Source: Thainema sp. (GTDB taxonomy: Bacteria > Cyanobacteriota > Cyanobacteriia > Phormidesmidales > Phormidesmidaceae). Taken from it: a stretch of 13,075 bases of DNA. A model generated the notes under the pieces. That model had not been told where the DNA came from and searched no databases. It was given only the letters and a program-made list of their open reading frames with translations. Position 1 is the first letter of the stretch; each line of letters starts with the position of its first letter. A program made the position numbers and the translations under genes. Below are positions 1-9,235 of the stretch, piece after piece. The DNA is taken from positions 1 through 13,075 of the forward strand of contig JBQLZK010000113.1 in assembly GCA_052168235.1 (NCBI GenBank), written 5' to 3'.

Positions 1-81
1 GCAAACGTTTCACAAAAAATAAATTGGTTTTCAACTAGGCTGGATATCACATAACAAACGTTGAATTCAATCAGTTTAAGC

Positions 82-870
82 ATGAGTCATTACATGACTG
101 CTCACGATAATGCGATCGCAACTCTCGCACCGTGGTTTCACAATTTGCATTTGCCGGATGGTCGGCAGACGGCTCCGGATCATGTTCTGGGCGATTTTCC
201 TCGGTTTAAGTGGCAGCAGTTAGCTCCCCATTTGCCAGAGGATTTAACAGATTGGCGAGTGCTAGATATTGGCTGCAATGCCGGATTCTACAGCTTTGAG
301 CTGGCGCGACGGGGCGCAACAGTGCTGGGCATTGATGTGGACGAGCATTATTTGGCTCAGGCCAACTGGGCAGTGCAGCAGTTTCAGCTCCAGAAGCAGG
401 TGGAGTTTCGCCAGATGCAGGTGTATGATCTGGCGCGGCTGGATGAAACCTTTGATTTGGTGCTGTTTATGGGAGTGTTTTATCATCTCCGCTATCCGCT
501 GCTGGGGCTAGATATTGTGGCGCAAAAGACCGATCATCTGTTGGTGTTTCAAACGCTGACGATGACGGATAATGCGGTGCATCCCCAGGCAAATGGTTTA
601 GGCTTCCACAATCGAGAAGTGATGAGTCAGCCAGGTTGGCCGAAGATGGCGTTTATTGAGCGAGAGTTTGCAGGTGATCCAACCAACTGGTGGGCACCCA
701 ATCATACCGGGGTGGAAGCGATGCTCCGCTCAGCGGGACTGCATATTGTGGCTTATCCGGGACATGAGATGTACCTCTGCTCACCGGATGGAGCGCAACC
801 ATCAGCAATGACTACCTGGAACCGCAATGAGTTTCTGGCCGCGTCCGGGACAAATAATAGTGCTTGTTAG
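82..870 (+). CDS. Class I SAM-dependent methyltransferase, probably TIGR04290-like (CmoB-related)
   Basis: Motif I VLDIGCNAGFY, GIDVD, FDLVLFMGVFYHLRYP, N-terminal PWFHNLHL and C-terminal DPTNWWAPN. The ORF opens at TTG 61; ATG 82 or ATG 94 is the more likely start. Confidence 0.85.
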   Translation: MSHYMTAHDNAIATLAPWFHNLHLPDGRQTAPDHVLGDFPRFKWQQLAPHLPEDLTDWRVLDIGCNAGFYSFELARRGATVLGIDVDEHYLAQANWAVQQFQLQKQVEFRQMQVYDLARLDETFDLVLFMGVFYHLRYPLLGLDIVAQKTDHLLVFQTLTMTDNAVHPQANGLGFHNREVMSQPGWPKMAFIEREFAGDPTNWWAPNHTGVEAMLRSAGLHIVAYPGHEMYLCSPDGAQPSAMTTWNRNEFLAASGTNNSAC

Positions 871-1639
871 AGCTAACCTAGCCACTCATGCCAACCCACC
901 GCACCTTTCATCTTTTACAGGAAAATTTCATAAACATCATTGAGGTGTAGAAACATCACTCGGACTACCTCAGCCCAAGCAGTTGGGTAGATGTCAGAAT
1001 GGCTTAACCAACTGCCACCCCCAGCAATTTTGCAGTGCGATCGCATATCTTACTCACCCCATATTTTTTATAAAGATGATATTTTTTGTTTACTTTATCT
1101 CTTGAACTCAAACCTAAAAAGGTCATGTTACTGCGGTAATACAGCAGCCAAATAGCCCTACCGGAGTTTCGATTTATACTGCGTAAGAGAAAAATTCATA
1201 GATGCAATGTATTACCAAAAGAGAGTCTGATACTGTCTTAAAACATCAGACTCTCTTTTTATATCTTCCTTATATTCCTCTTAGAGTATTGCTATTTCGC
1301 CTTTCTATACTTAGAGGCTGGATAGAGAAGATGTTCGTTTTTGCTGGTCATGACTGGCTGCTTGAGACGCAAAATATTAATGCTTCTGTGAAGGAGATTC
1401 ATGAGCATAATTCTACTCTAAAAGAAATAGCTTGCATACTCTTCATTAATCTTTGAAGCAAGGAATTAGCTGGCCTCAAGGCTTGATCCCTGAGGAGTCG
1501 CAAGGTTGATGAAATTCAGCAGCAGTATGGGGATACGAGAGGTGCAGTTCCGTTTTTAACGGCATAGATTTTGGGGTTAGAGATAATTAGGAGTAAATCA
1601 ATGGCGAATTAGCTGAAAATAAATTGCCAAGTTGTCACA

Positions 1640-1731
1640 TCAGTCTCAATATGAAAGAATGCCTACATTCAGCGCCGCAAGATACGCCAAGTATGCTGAT
1701 AAATCTGTAGATTCAGTCTCATATTGAAAGA
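1640..1731. promoter_or_regulatory. Pair of imperfect-palindromic boxes (TCAGTCTCA-N3-TGAAAGA) upstream of the ALDH-like gene; candidate operator
   Basis: TCAGTCTCAATATGAAAGA at 1640-1658 and TCAGTCTCATATTGAAAGA at 1713-1731 are 16/19 identical and 73 bp apart. Confidence 0.45.
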
Positions 1732-1768
1732 CGATATTTTCTACCAGAATTAATTTATAGGTCTCACC

Positions 1769-3205
1769 ATGCATACTGATTTGAATATGTTGCATACTAA
1801 CTTAGCTACTTCACCACTGCGTGTAATCAATCCTGCGACTGAAGAATTACTGCAAGAAATTCCTACCGCTGACGATTTAGCCATTAATCAGTATTATCAG
1901 CAGGCCCGCAGTGCCCAACCTGAATGGGCTGCTCGTTCGCTCAATGATCGCATTCGGATTCTGCGGACGTTCCAGGAGCTGCTGATGCAGGAGGTGGGTT
2001 TTCTAGCTCGTCTATTAACCTCAGAGACGGGAAAACCCATCACCCAGGCGAAAAATGAAGTTCGATTAGCGGCTCAGTGCATCGATTTTTTTCTAGCTAA
2101 TGTGCATCAGCTAATGGAGCCCAAGCTACTGCGCCAAGCTCCCGATCCGCTAGCGTTTCCGGGTTTGGCCGATTTGGAAGAAGTGCTAACTTACGATCCA
2201 TTGGGCGTGGTCGCCAATATTTCGACCTGGAGCCATCCCTACTTAGCTGGTGCGAACGTGTTTGTGCCTGCCTTGCTGACGGGTAATGCGGTACTATACA
2301 AACCGTCTGAATCAGCCACATTAACCGGGCTTGCGATCGCAGATTTACTGTATGAAGCCGGGGTTCCCAAAGCTGTGTTTATTCCTGTCATCGGCGCAGA
2401 TGAAGCCGGTACAGCTCTGGTACAGCAGCCACTAGACGGCATTTTCTTTGCAGGTTCCTACGCAACGGGCAAAAAGGTGGCTACTACGGCAGCGGAGCGG
2501 TTAATCAAGGTGCAGCTCCAGCTCGGCGGCAAAGATCCAGCCTACGTTTGCGAAGATGTCGATCTGACCAAAGTGGCAACTAGCTTAGCCGAGGGTGTTT
2601 TCTGCAACAGTGGTCAACGCTGCTCAATTGAGCGCATTTATGTGCATACCTTGATTTATGACCAGTTTGTCGATGAGTTCTTGCAAACGGTTGAAGCGTT
2701 CAAATTTGGCAATCCTGCTGAACCCGATACCTACCTTGGCCCCGTCAGCCGTCAATCCCATTTGGTCGCACTCGAACAACAGGTCGAAGACGCTCTGATG
2801 AAAGGCGCGTTTCCCCTCTGCGGTGGCTATCGGGCTGAGAAGACGGGCTGGTACTTTGAACCTACGGTGCTGGTAAATGTAGATCACCGCATGGCTGTGA
2901 TGCGGGATGAAACCTTCGGTCCAGTCATTGGCATTCAAGAAGTTAAAGATGATGCCGATGCGATCGCAAAAATGAACGATAGTGACTATGGCCTCACAGC
3001 AGCGGTTTATACCCAGAGCCGTGAGCGGGCTGTTCAGCTACTGCGCCAGATCAATAGCGGAACGGTGTACTGGAACTGTTGCGATCGCGTGAGCCCCTAT
3101 TTACCTTCGACGGGACGCAAGCAGTCCGGGCTCGGAGCGACCCTATCGCATATTGGCCTAGAAGCATTTGTACAACCGCGAGCTTGGCACTTGTGCAAAC
3201 CCTAA
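1769..3205 (+). CDS. Aldehyde dehydrogenase family protein with non-canonical catalytic residues
   Basis: ALDH motifs INPAT, ETGKP, PLGVV, GNAVLYKPSE, LGGKDP, GQRC (Cys285), ETFGPV and YGLTAAVYT are present. WNYP is replaced by WSHP and LELGG by LQLGG. Alternative start ATG 1787. Confidence 0.9.
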   Translation: MHTDLNMLHTNLATSPLRVINPATEELLQEIPTADDLAINQYYQQARSAQPEWAARSLNDRIRILRTFQELLMQEVGFLARLLTSETGKPITQAKNEVRLAAQCIDFFLANVHQLMEPKLLRQAPDPLAFPGLADLEEVLTYDPLGVVANISTWSHPYLAGANVFVPALLTGNAVLYKPSESATLTGLAIADLLYEAGVPKAVFIPVIGADEAGTALVQQPLDGIFFAGSYATGKKVATTAAERLIKVQLQLGGKDPAYVCEDVDLTKVATSLAEGVFCNSGQRCSIERIYVHTLIYDQFVDEFLQTVEAFKFGNPAEPDTYLGPVSRQSHLVALEQQVEDALMKGAFPLCGGYRAEKTGWYFEPTVLVNVDHRMAVMRDETFGPVIGIQEVKDDADAIAKMNDSDYGLTAAVYTQSRERAVQLLRQINSGTVYWNCCDRVSPYLPSTGRKQSGLGATLSHIGLEAFVQPRAWHLCKP

Positions 3206-3210
3206 ACGTG

Positions 3211-3576
3211 ATGATTCAGCGCACTTTATATGTTCTAGCCGTGCCCGATTTAGCTACCTCTGCTAAATTCTATCGAGATGTTTTAGGATTTACAGTGCAT
3301 GAAATGGGGGATCCGGGCTGGCTCATGTTTGTGCGGGATAGCTGTCGGATTATGGCTGGACATTGTCCCGATGCAATTCCTGCTAGAGATCTAGGCGATC
3401 ACTCTTACTTTGCCTACTTTGTGGTTGACGATATCGATGCCTATTATCAGTACGTCGTGGCCAATGGGGCAGAGTTGATCAAATCGTTACGAGATGAGCC
3501 TTGGGGTATGCGAGAATTCGGTCTACGTACAGCAGACGGTCATCGAATTATGATCGGTCAAGATCTGAATGTCTGA
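3211..3576 (+). CDS. VOC family protein (glyoxalase/bleomycin resistance-like), 121 aa
   Basis: LAVPDL..SAKFYRDVLGF, VDDIDAYY and PWGMREFGLRTADGHRIMIG motifs. ATG 3211 lies 5 nt after the ALDH stop, suggesting co-transcription. Confidence 0.88.
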   Translation: MIQRTLYVLAVPDLATSAKFYRDVLGFTVHEMGDPGWLMFVRDSCRIMAGHCPDAIPARDLGDHSYFAYFVVDDIDAYYQYVVANGAELIKSLRDEPWGMREFGLRTADGHRIMIGQDLNV

Positions 3577-3623
3577 ATGGATAAATAGCGCTATCATCTT
3601 TGAGCTGAGATGATCAATGCCCT

Positions 3624-4730
3624 ATGCAACAACGACGCCTCAAGGCTTATCTTGAGCTTATTCAAGAGCTACTGAGCTGTCCCAGTGGGGAAGAGTGGAT
3701 TCGATTGCGGCAGCATGAAGATTTAGTTGACGCTGGTTTTGTGCAAACAATGGAGCAGGTAGCCACGTCCCTCGCCCAAGAAGGTGACATGCAGCGCGCC
3801 ACGTTTCTGCACAACTGGGCCGGACAGCTGCATCATATTCTGACTCAAACGACTGCTCCGCCACGGGAGGAAAAGTCAAAGGCTTATCTAGACTTTATTC
3901 AATTGCTCCTGGGCGCTTCGCCGAAAGAACAGCAGCAGTTGATTGCGGCCAATCAAGACCTGATTGGGCCAGGATTGTTCAACATGATGCGGCAGATTGG
4001 GGCCCAGCTAGCCGCGCAGGGCAATCGTGATGCAGGGATTTACCTGACTAATCTATCTGAAGAAATGCGCAAGCTGTGGCTGCAGCAGCACGGCTTTCAG
4101 TCACCGCCGCTCAGTGCCGAGGTGACCGAGCCACGCGCTAAAGGAGAACCGGCAAGCTACAAACAATCTAAGCCATCCTCTACCCGGCAACCCACCAGCA
4201 AAGCGCCAACCACCCCGCAGGACGCTCAGAAATCACCAACTGCGGCTCAATCAGCTCCACCGGTTGTTGATCCGACAATTCCTGATCCGTGGGCAGAATC
4301 AGACTCGTCTTCAGAAGGAACTCCAAGTGAGACCGCTGCCAGTGCGGCTGTTGCGGCCCCAGCGACGTTGGCAAACTCTACGGCTGTATCATCGACGCCA
4401 GAACTGGCTGAGCGAGTTCTACAAGAATTGAATCAGCATCTAGCTGCGATCGCAACTGCTCTGACGGAGCTGACTGAGCGATTGGCCACTCATCCACCGT
4501 CACCACCACCGCCACCACGACCACTCTGGCATTTAGAAGCATTAGAACAGGCCTGCCAAGCGGGCTGGGTGTTAACGACAGAGGAAGTCGAGCAGCTGAT
4601 TCAGGTAAAACCGAAGTGTTCGGCCAAGGAAGATCACTTCGACCGAGGGAACTGGCGGTTTATCAAGGTCGGTAAAATTGGCATTCAAGTGGCATGGCGG
4701 ATTGAGAAACTGGAGCTAGAGCAGACCTAA
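3624..4730 (+). CDS. Hypothetical protein: two N-terminal helical repeats, a Pro/Ser/Thr/Ala-rich linker and a small C-terminal domain
   Basis: 368-aa ORF. Repeats start [11 protein letters not shown] (3642) and [11 protein letters not shown] (3879). Low-complexity middle region. C-terminal domain [12 protein letters not shown]...[17 protein letters not shown]. Confidence 0.8.
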   Translation: MQQRRLKAYLELIQELLSCPSGEEWIRLRQHEDLVDAGFVQTMEQVATSLAQEGDMQRATFLHNWAGQLHHILTQTTAPPREEKSKAYLDFIQLLLGASPKEQQQLIAANQDLIGPGLFNMMRQIGAQLAAQGNRDAGIYLTNLSEEMRKLWLQQHGFQSPPLSAEVTEPRAKGEPASYKQSKPSSTRQPTSKAPTTPQDAQKSPTAAQSAPPVVDPTIPDPWAESDSSSEGTPSETAASAAVAAPATLANSTAVSSTPELAERVLQELNQHLAAIATALTELTERLATHPPSPPPPPRPLWHLEALEQACQAGWVLTTEEVEQLIQVKPKCSAKEDHFDRGNWRFIKVGKIGIQVAWRIEKLELEQT

Positions 4731-5440
4731 CGCTTTTGGGCAGGTGCGATCGCAGTTGTGATCACTCCCGCCGCCACACCTGCGATCGCAGCTACGATGA
4801 GCCCTAACTGATGGGGCAAACCGTAACTGAGTAGCGAAACGACTCCTGCTGTCACCACTGTTGCCGCCATTGGTCGCGTGCGCACATAAGGTACAACCAT
4901 ACCAATAAACGTAGCAACCATCGCGAAATCCAGTCCCAAATTGGCCAAATTGGGCACCAACCGTCCGGCAGTCAGTCCAATCCAGGTGCAAAGCTGCCAG
5001 CTACTATACATGGTTAACGCCGCCCCAATGTAGTACCAGTGCTTATAGGGACTCTGATCCGGCTGCTCATAGCGACGAATCGTCACCATAAAGGCTTCAT
5101 CGGTTAGCCAAAAGCCAATCGGCACCTTCCAGTGCTGCGGCAGATGGCGCACGTGGGGCACTAGACTGGCGGCATACAGCAAATGACGCAAGTTGACGAC
5201 AAAGGTTGTTAGCACAATCAACGGCAGGCTGCTACCTGCTGCTAACAACCCCAATGCGATAAACTGAGCCGATCCAGCAAACACAAAGGCCGACATGCCA
5301 ACTGTCGCACTAAACGGTAATCCACCGCTCTGCGCCAGTGTACCAAAAATGATACCAAACGGAATCGCACCAACCACCAGCGGCACAATTCCGCGCGCAC
5401 CAGCAAAAAATTCAGTTCTAGGCGTAGATACGTGGGGCAT
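4727..5440 (-). CDS. azlC: AzlC family branched-chain amino acid exporter permease
   Basis: [37 protein letters not shown] and [11 protein letters not shown] motifs; highly hydrophobic. Start is ATG 5440 or TTG 5467. The stop codon overlaps the stop of the convergent gene (4727-4730). Confidence 0.9.
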   Translation of the reverse strand: MPHVSTPRTEFFAGARGIVPLVVGAIPFGIIFGTLAQSGGLPFSATVGMSAFVFAGSAQFIALGLLAAGSSLPLIVLTTFVVNLRHLLYAASLVPHVRHLPQHWKVPIGFWLTDEAFMVTIRRYEQPDQSPYKHWYYIGAALTMYSSWQLCTWIGLTAGRLVPNLANLGLDFAMVATFIGMVVPYVRTRPMAATVVTAGVVSLLSYGLPHQLGLIVAAIAGVAAGVITTAIAPAQKR

Positions 5441-5512
5441 TGTGGGATGTGAATATTCCTCGCTCAAACCTAAGAATTTTTAGCAGATTTTTAAGATTTG
5501 CAGCCGCAATCC

Positions 5513-5529
5513 GCTATGACTGTCATAGC
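5513..5529. promoter_or_regulatory. Perfect palindrome GCTATGAC-T-GTCATAGC in the divergent azlC / response regulator intergenic region; candidate operator
   Basis: 8-bp arms around a 1-nt centre, read directly from the sequence. Confidence 0.5.
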
Positions 5530-5555
5530 CTAGCAGTTGGAGACAGAGTCAGCCC

Positions 5556-5996
5556 ATGCAGACTGGTGGAACAAAACGCTTCATTTTGGTACTAGATCAT
5601 AATCCTGAGCATGTTGATACTATCCAGCGATCCCTGTGCAGCAGCGGCAAACCTTACCATCTAGAAACGATTGGCGATGGCGATCGTGCTTTAGATTTCT
5701 TACATCGTCGTGACCCATACAGTGAAGCCGCTCATCCTGATTTAATCCTGCTGGATCTCAATCTGCCGGGACGGAATGGTAGAGAAATTTTGGCTGACAT
5801 TAAGACCGACAGCAGCCTAAAGCGAATTCCCACGATTGTATTCACGGTATCCGACAGCGATGCTGACATTTTGTACAGTTACACCCACCAAGGTAACTGC
5901 TACGTGGTGAAGTCGTCTGACTTGGAGCAGCTATCTCAAATTGTCAAACGGATTGAGGATTTTTGGCTGGAAATTGTGACATTGCCAGTGGAGTGA
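5556..5996 (+). CDS. Single-domain response regulator, Rcp1-like paralog with atypical acidic pocket
   Basis: PDLILLDLNLPG, NCYVVK and C-terminal FWLE as in the Rcp1/RcpA family. LVLDHN replaces the usual LVEDN. Confidence 0.88.
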   Translation: MQTGGTKRFILVLDHNPEHVDTIQRSLCSSGKPYHLETIGDGDRALDFLHRRDPYSEAAHPDLILLDLNLPGRNGREILADIKTDSSLKRIPTIVFTVSDSDADILYSYTHQGNCYVVKSSDLEQLSQIVKRIEDFWLEIVTLPVE

Positions 5997-6513
5997 AGGA
6001 AGTGCTGCTCTCGTTAGGTATAACTTTTGTGTTGTTGTTTAAACTTTGCGCTCGAAACTAAAATTTACGCAGCTTTTTCTAGGGATTTACTGCTAAGAAA
6101 ATGACCAAAATTCGTGGCTAATCAAAACTTAGAATTGATTTAAGATTTCCCTTGGTGGTTTAAAAATCATCCACGCTATGCTGCAAGTGTGTGGCCTGTG
6201 GTGATAGCCCAAGTCGCTATTGGTATAAGTTTCTTTGGCATCAGTAGGCGAACGTAATTCAAAGCACAACAGTTCCCATGACAGAAGTTCACACGACAGA
6301 TCTAAGCTTGGTTGAATTAGTTGAATTAAAAGTAAGCAACCCAGCGTGAATATCTTAATGCTGGATTTGCGATCGCATCATCCATTCCCAAACATCCTCA
6401 AAAAAGCTGCCTACTGATCAAGTATTTCTACTCATCTGTCGGACTCACCAGCCTCATAAAAACCGAACACTAGAAGCAAACATTCACAATCTTAATGATT
6501 GGGAGATCTCCCT

Positions 6514-8835
6514 ATGACCGCAGTGAATTTAAATCAAGAAATTAGTCTTGCGGGACTTAACCTAACCAACCTAAAGCAGCCGGATATTAATACGTTGACT
6601 CAAGTGCAGCCTCACGGTGTGCTGTTGGTATTGCAGGAGTCAGATCTAACCGTGCTACAAGTGAGCCGAAATACCCGCACAGCACTGGGATTGCCGCCAG
6701 AAGAGGTACTCGGCAAAACTCTAGATGACTTACTCGATCCCTATCAGGTTGATCAATTCCGGACTGGACTGTATTACGAAAACTTGGACATTATTAACCC
6801 GACTAAAGTTTGGGTGAAGCGCCAGGGAGATGACTACGGCGTTTACGATGCCATTTTTCACCGCAGCGCAGATGGGTTCTTGATTGTGGAGTTGGAACCC
6901 GCTCTGACGCAGGAAACTATTCCCTTCCTGAGCTTTTATCACCTCGCTAGAGCTTCGATCAGCCAGCTTGAGGCAACGCCGAATCTAGTGGATTTCTGTC
7001 GCATCATTGTCCATGAGGTACGTCGCGTCACTGGTTTTGACCGGGTGATGCTCTACAAATTCGACGATGACGGTCATGGTGAGGTGCTAGCTGAAGAGTT
7101 AGTTGAGGGTATGGAATCCTATCTGGGTCTATATTTCCCAGAATCAGATGTACCACAGCCTGCCCGCAAGATGTTCCTCTCCAATTGGATTCGGGTGATC
7201 CCCGATGCCAAGGCGGAACCTGTCGATTTGTATCCGGCCAATAATCCCGTGACGGGCCAGCCAACGGATTTAATCATGTCCGTTCTGCGTCAGCCCTACC
7301 GCTGCCATATTGAATACCTCAGCCACATGCAGGTGGGATCGTCGCTGACCATTTCGCTGATGAAGGATCAGAAGCTCTGGGGTCTAATTGCCTGCCACCA
7401 CCGTACACCCAAGCAGGTGCCTTACGAACTGCGGAAAGCCTGTGAATTTCTGGGTCGGGTGATTTTCTCTGAAATCTCCACCCGCGAAGAGGAAGCCGAC
7501 CATAACTACCGGATGAAGCTGGCTCAGGTGCAGTCCCGGTTAGTTGACCGGATGGCGCAGGAAGACTACTTCGTGCATGGTCTGGTGCAGCAGGAGCCGA
7601 GTCTGCTGGACTTGGTTGACGCCAAAGGGGCCGCGATTTGCTTCAACGGTCACTGGACAACGATTGGCCGCACGCCGTCTGAGGAAGAGTTGAACTATCT
7701 GGTGCAGTGGCTGAATAAGACCGTCGATGGCGAGATTTTTGAAACTAGTGCGCTGCCATTGGTTTACTCCGATGCCCAGCGATTCAAAGACGTAGCCAGT
7801 GGTTTGCTCGCAATCCCGATCTCGAAGCGCAGCTACGTGCTGTGGTTCCGACCGGAAGTCATTCAAACCGTCAACTGGGGCGGCGATCCGAATAATGCTT
7901 ACACATTAGAAGGTGAAGCTGACAATCAGTGGCTCTGTCCCCGTAAGTCTTTCCATCTCTGGAAAGAAACAGTAAAGCTGCAGTCGCTGCCCTGGAAATC
8001 GGTGGAGATTCGGGCGGCACTAGAACTGCGTAAAGCAATCGTCAACATTGTTCTGCGACAGGCGGAAGAGTTGGCCTTACTGGCTCAGGATCTGGAGCGT
8101 TCGAATGCCGAGCTGAAGCGGTTTGCCTACGTTGCGTCCCATGATTTGCAGGAACCGCTAAATCAGGTGGCTAACTTTGTGCAGCTTCTGGAAATGCGCT
8201 ACGATGCCGAGCTGGGTCAAGACGGTAAAGAGTTTATTGGCTTTGCCGTTGAGGGCGTCAGCCTGATGCAGACCCTGATCGACGATGTATTGGCCTATTC
8301 CAAGGTTGATCTGAAGGGGATTGATCGGGAGCTGATCGACGTGCAGGATTCGCTGGATCAAGCGATGAATAATCTGCGCGGACGGATTGCGGACGCCAAC
8401 GCTGCGATTACCGTGGATTTATTGCCGACCATCGTGGCCGACGGCACGCAGCTCATGCAGCTCTTCCAGAACCTGATTGGCAACGCGATTAAGTTCCGCA
8501 AGCCGTCAGAGCTACCGCGCATCCACATTGGCGTGCAGCGTCAGGAAGATGCTTGGCTGTTCTCAGTCAAGGACAACGGCATTGGCCTTGACCCACAGTT
8601 TGCCGAGCGCATTTTCATCATCTTCCAGCGGCTTCATACTCGGGATGAGTATCCCGGTTCCGGTATGGGACTGGCGATCTGTAAGAAGATTGTCGAATGT
8701 CATCGGGGCCGCATTTGGGTTGAATCCCAAGTGGGAGAAGGCGCAACGTTTTATTTCACCATTCCGGTTGAAGGACGCGATCGCAATCATGGTAATGGAC
8801 GAAAAGCCCAAACGTATCTTTTTGATCGAGGATAA
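6514..8835 (+). CDS. cph1: Cyanobacterial phytochrome (Cph1/CphA type): PAS-GAF-PHY-HisKA-HATPase
   Basis: QPHG PAS start, GFDRVMLY, PESDVP, bilin-binding Cys in the GAF domain (YRCHIEY, codon 7303-7305), LWGLIACHH, WGG and PRKSF tongue, H-box ASHDLQEPL, N/G1/F/G2 boxes. ATG 6514 follows GGAG at 6502-6505. Confidence 0.95.
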   Translation: MTAVNLNQEISLAGLNLTNLKQPDINTLTQVQPHGVLLVLQESDLTVLQVSRNTRTALGLPPEEVLGKTLDDLLDPYQVDQFRTGLYYENLDIINPTKVWVKRQGDDYGVYDAIFHRSADGFLIVELEPALTQETIPFLSFYHLARASISQLEATPNLVDFCRIIVHEVRRVTGFDRVMLYKFDDDGHGEVLAEELVEGMESYLGLYFPESDVPQPARKMFLSNWIRVIPDAKAEPVDLYPANNPVTGQPTDLIMSVLRQPYRCHIEYLSHMQVGSSLTISLMKDQKLWGLIACHHRTPKQVPYELRKACEFLGRVIFSEISTREEEADHNYRMKLAQVQSRLVDRMAQEDYFVHGLVQQEPSLLDLVDAKGAAICFNGHWTTIGRTPSEEELNYLVQWLNKTVDGEIFETSALPLVYSDAQRFKDVASGLLAIPISKRSYVLWFRPEVIQTVNWGGDPNNAYTLEGEADNQWLCPRKSFHLWKETVKLQSLPWKSVEIRAALELRKAIVNIVLRQAEELALLAQDLERSNAELKRFAYVASHDLQEPLNQVANFVQLLEMRYDAELGQDGKEFIGFAVEGVSLMQTLIDDVLAYSKVDLKGIDRELIDVQDSLDQAMNNLRGRIADANAAITVDLLPTIVADGTQLMQLFQNLIGNAIKFRKPSELPRIHIGVQRQEDAWLFSVKDNGIGLDPQFAERIFIIFQRLHTRDEYPGSGMGLAICKKIVECHRGRIWVESQVGEGATFYFTIPVEGRDRNHGNGRKAQTYLFDRG

Positions 8836-9235
8836 TCGGGGCGATATTCGACTGATTCAAGAAGCCCTCAAGAGCAGTAATGTACCTTGCGAGGTCGAGA
8901 TTGCTCGCGATGGCATGGAGGCAATGGCCTACCTGCAGCAGGATGGGGAAGATGCGATCGCACATCGTCCCGACCTCATCCTGCTGGACTTGAACCTGCC
9001 GAAGAAAGATGGTCGGGAGGTGCTAGCTGAAATCAAGGCTGACGAAGCGCTCAAGCACATCCCGATTATCGTGCTGACGACATCCCGCAATGAGGAGGAC
9101 ATTAGCAAGAGCTATGATCTATACGTGAACTGCTATATCTCCAAATCGCGGAATCTAGCGCAACTGTTCAAAATCGTTCGAGGGATTGAGGCATTTTGGT
9201 TAGAGACAGCCAAACTACCGTCCAACGGCCCTTAG
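8789..9235 (+). CDS. rcp1: Phytochrome cognate response regulator Rcp1/RcpA
   Basis: IFLIEDNRGD, PDLILLDLNLPKKDGREVL, VLTTS, NCYISK and FWLE motifs; directly follows cph1. Start is ATG 8789 or 8795, overlapping the cph1 3' end. Confidence 0.93.
   Translation: MVMDEKPKRIFLIEDNRGDIRLIQEALKSSNVPCEVEIARDGMEAMAYLQQDGEDAIAHRPDLILLDLNLPKKDGREVLAEIKADEALKHIPIIVLTTSRNEEDISKSYDLYVNCYISKSRNLAQLFKIVRGIEAFWLETAKLPSNGP

Noticed and set aside
1202..1456. 84-aa ORF in the AT-rich intergenic region
   Set aside because: No recognisable motif or clear RBS. It could be a remnant, but I cannot support that.
3079..3210. N-terminal extension of the VOC ORF
   Set aside because: It overlaps the ALDH gene, and the VOC domain begins at ATG 3211.
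6311..6328. GTTGAATTA x2 direct repeat upstream of cph1
   Set aside because: It is short and AT-rich. It might be a regulator site but cannot be told from chance.
8477..8788. N-terminal extension of rcp1 (252-aa ORF)
   Set aside because: It is an alternative frame inside the cph1 kinase domain; the receiver begins at about 8789-8795.
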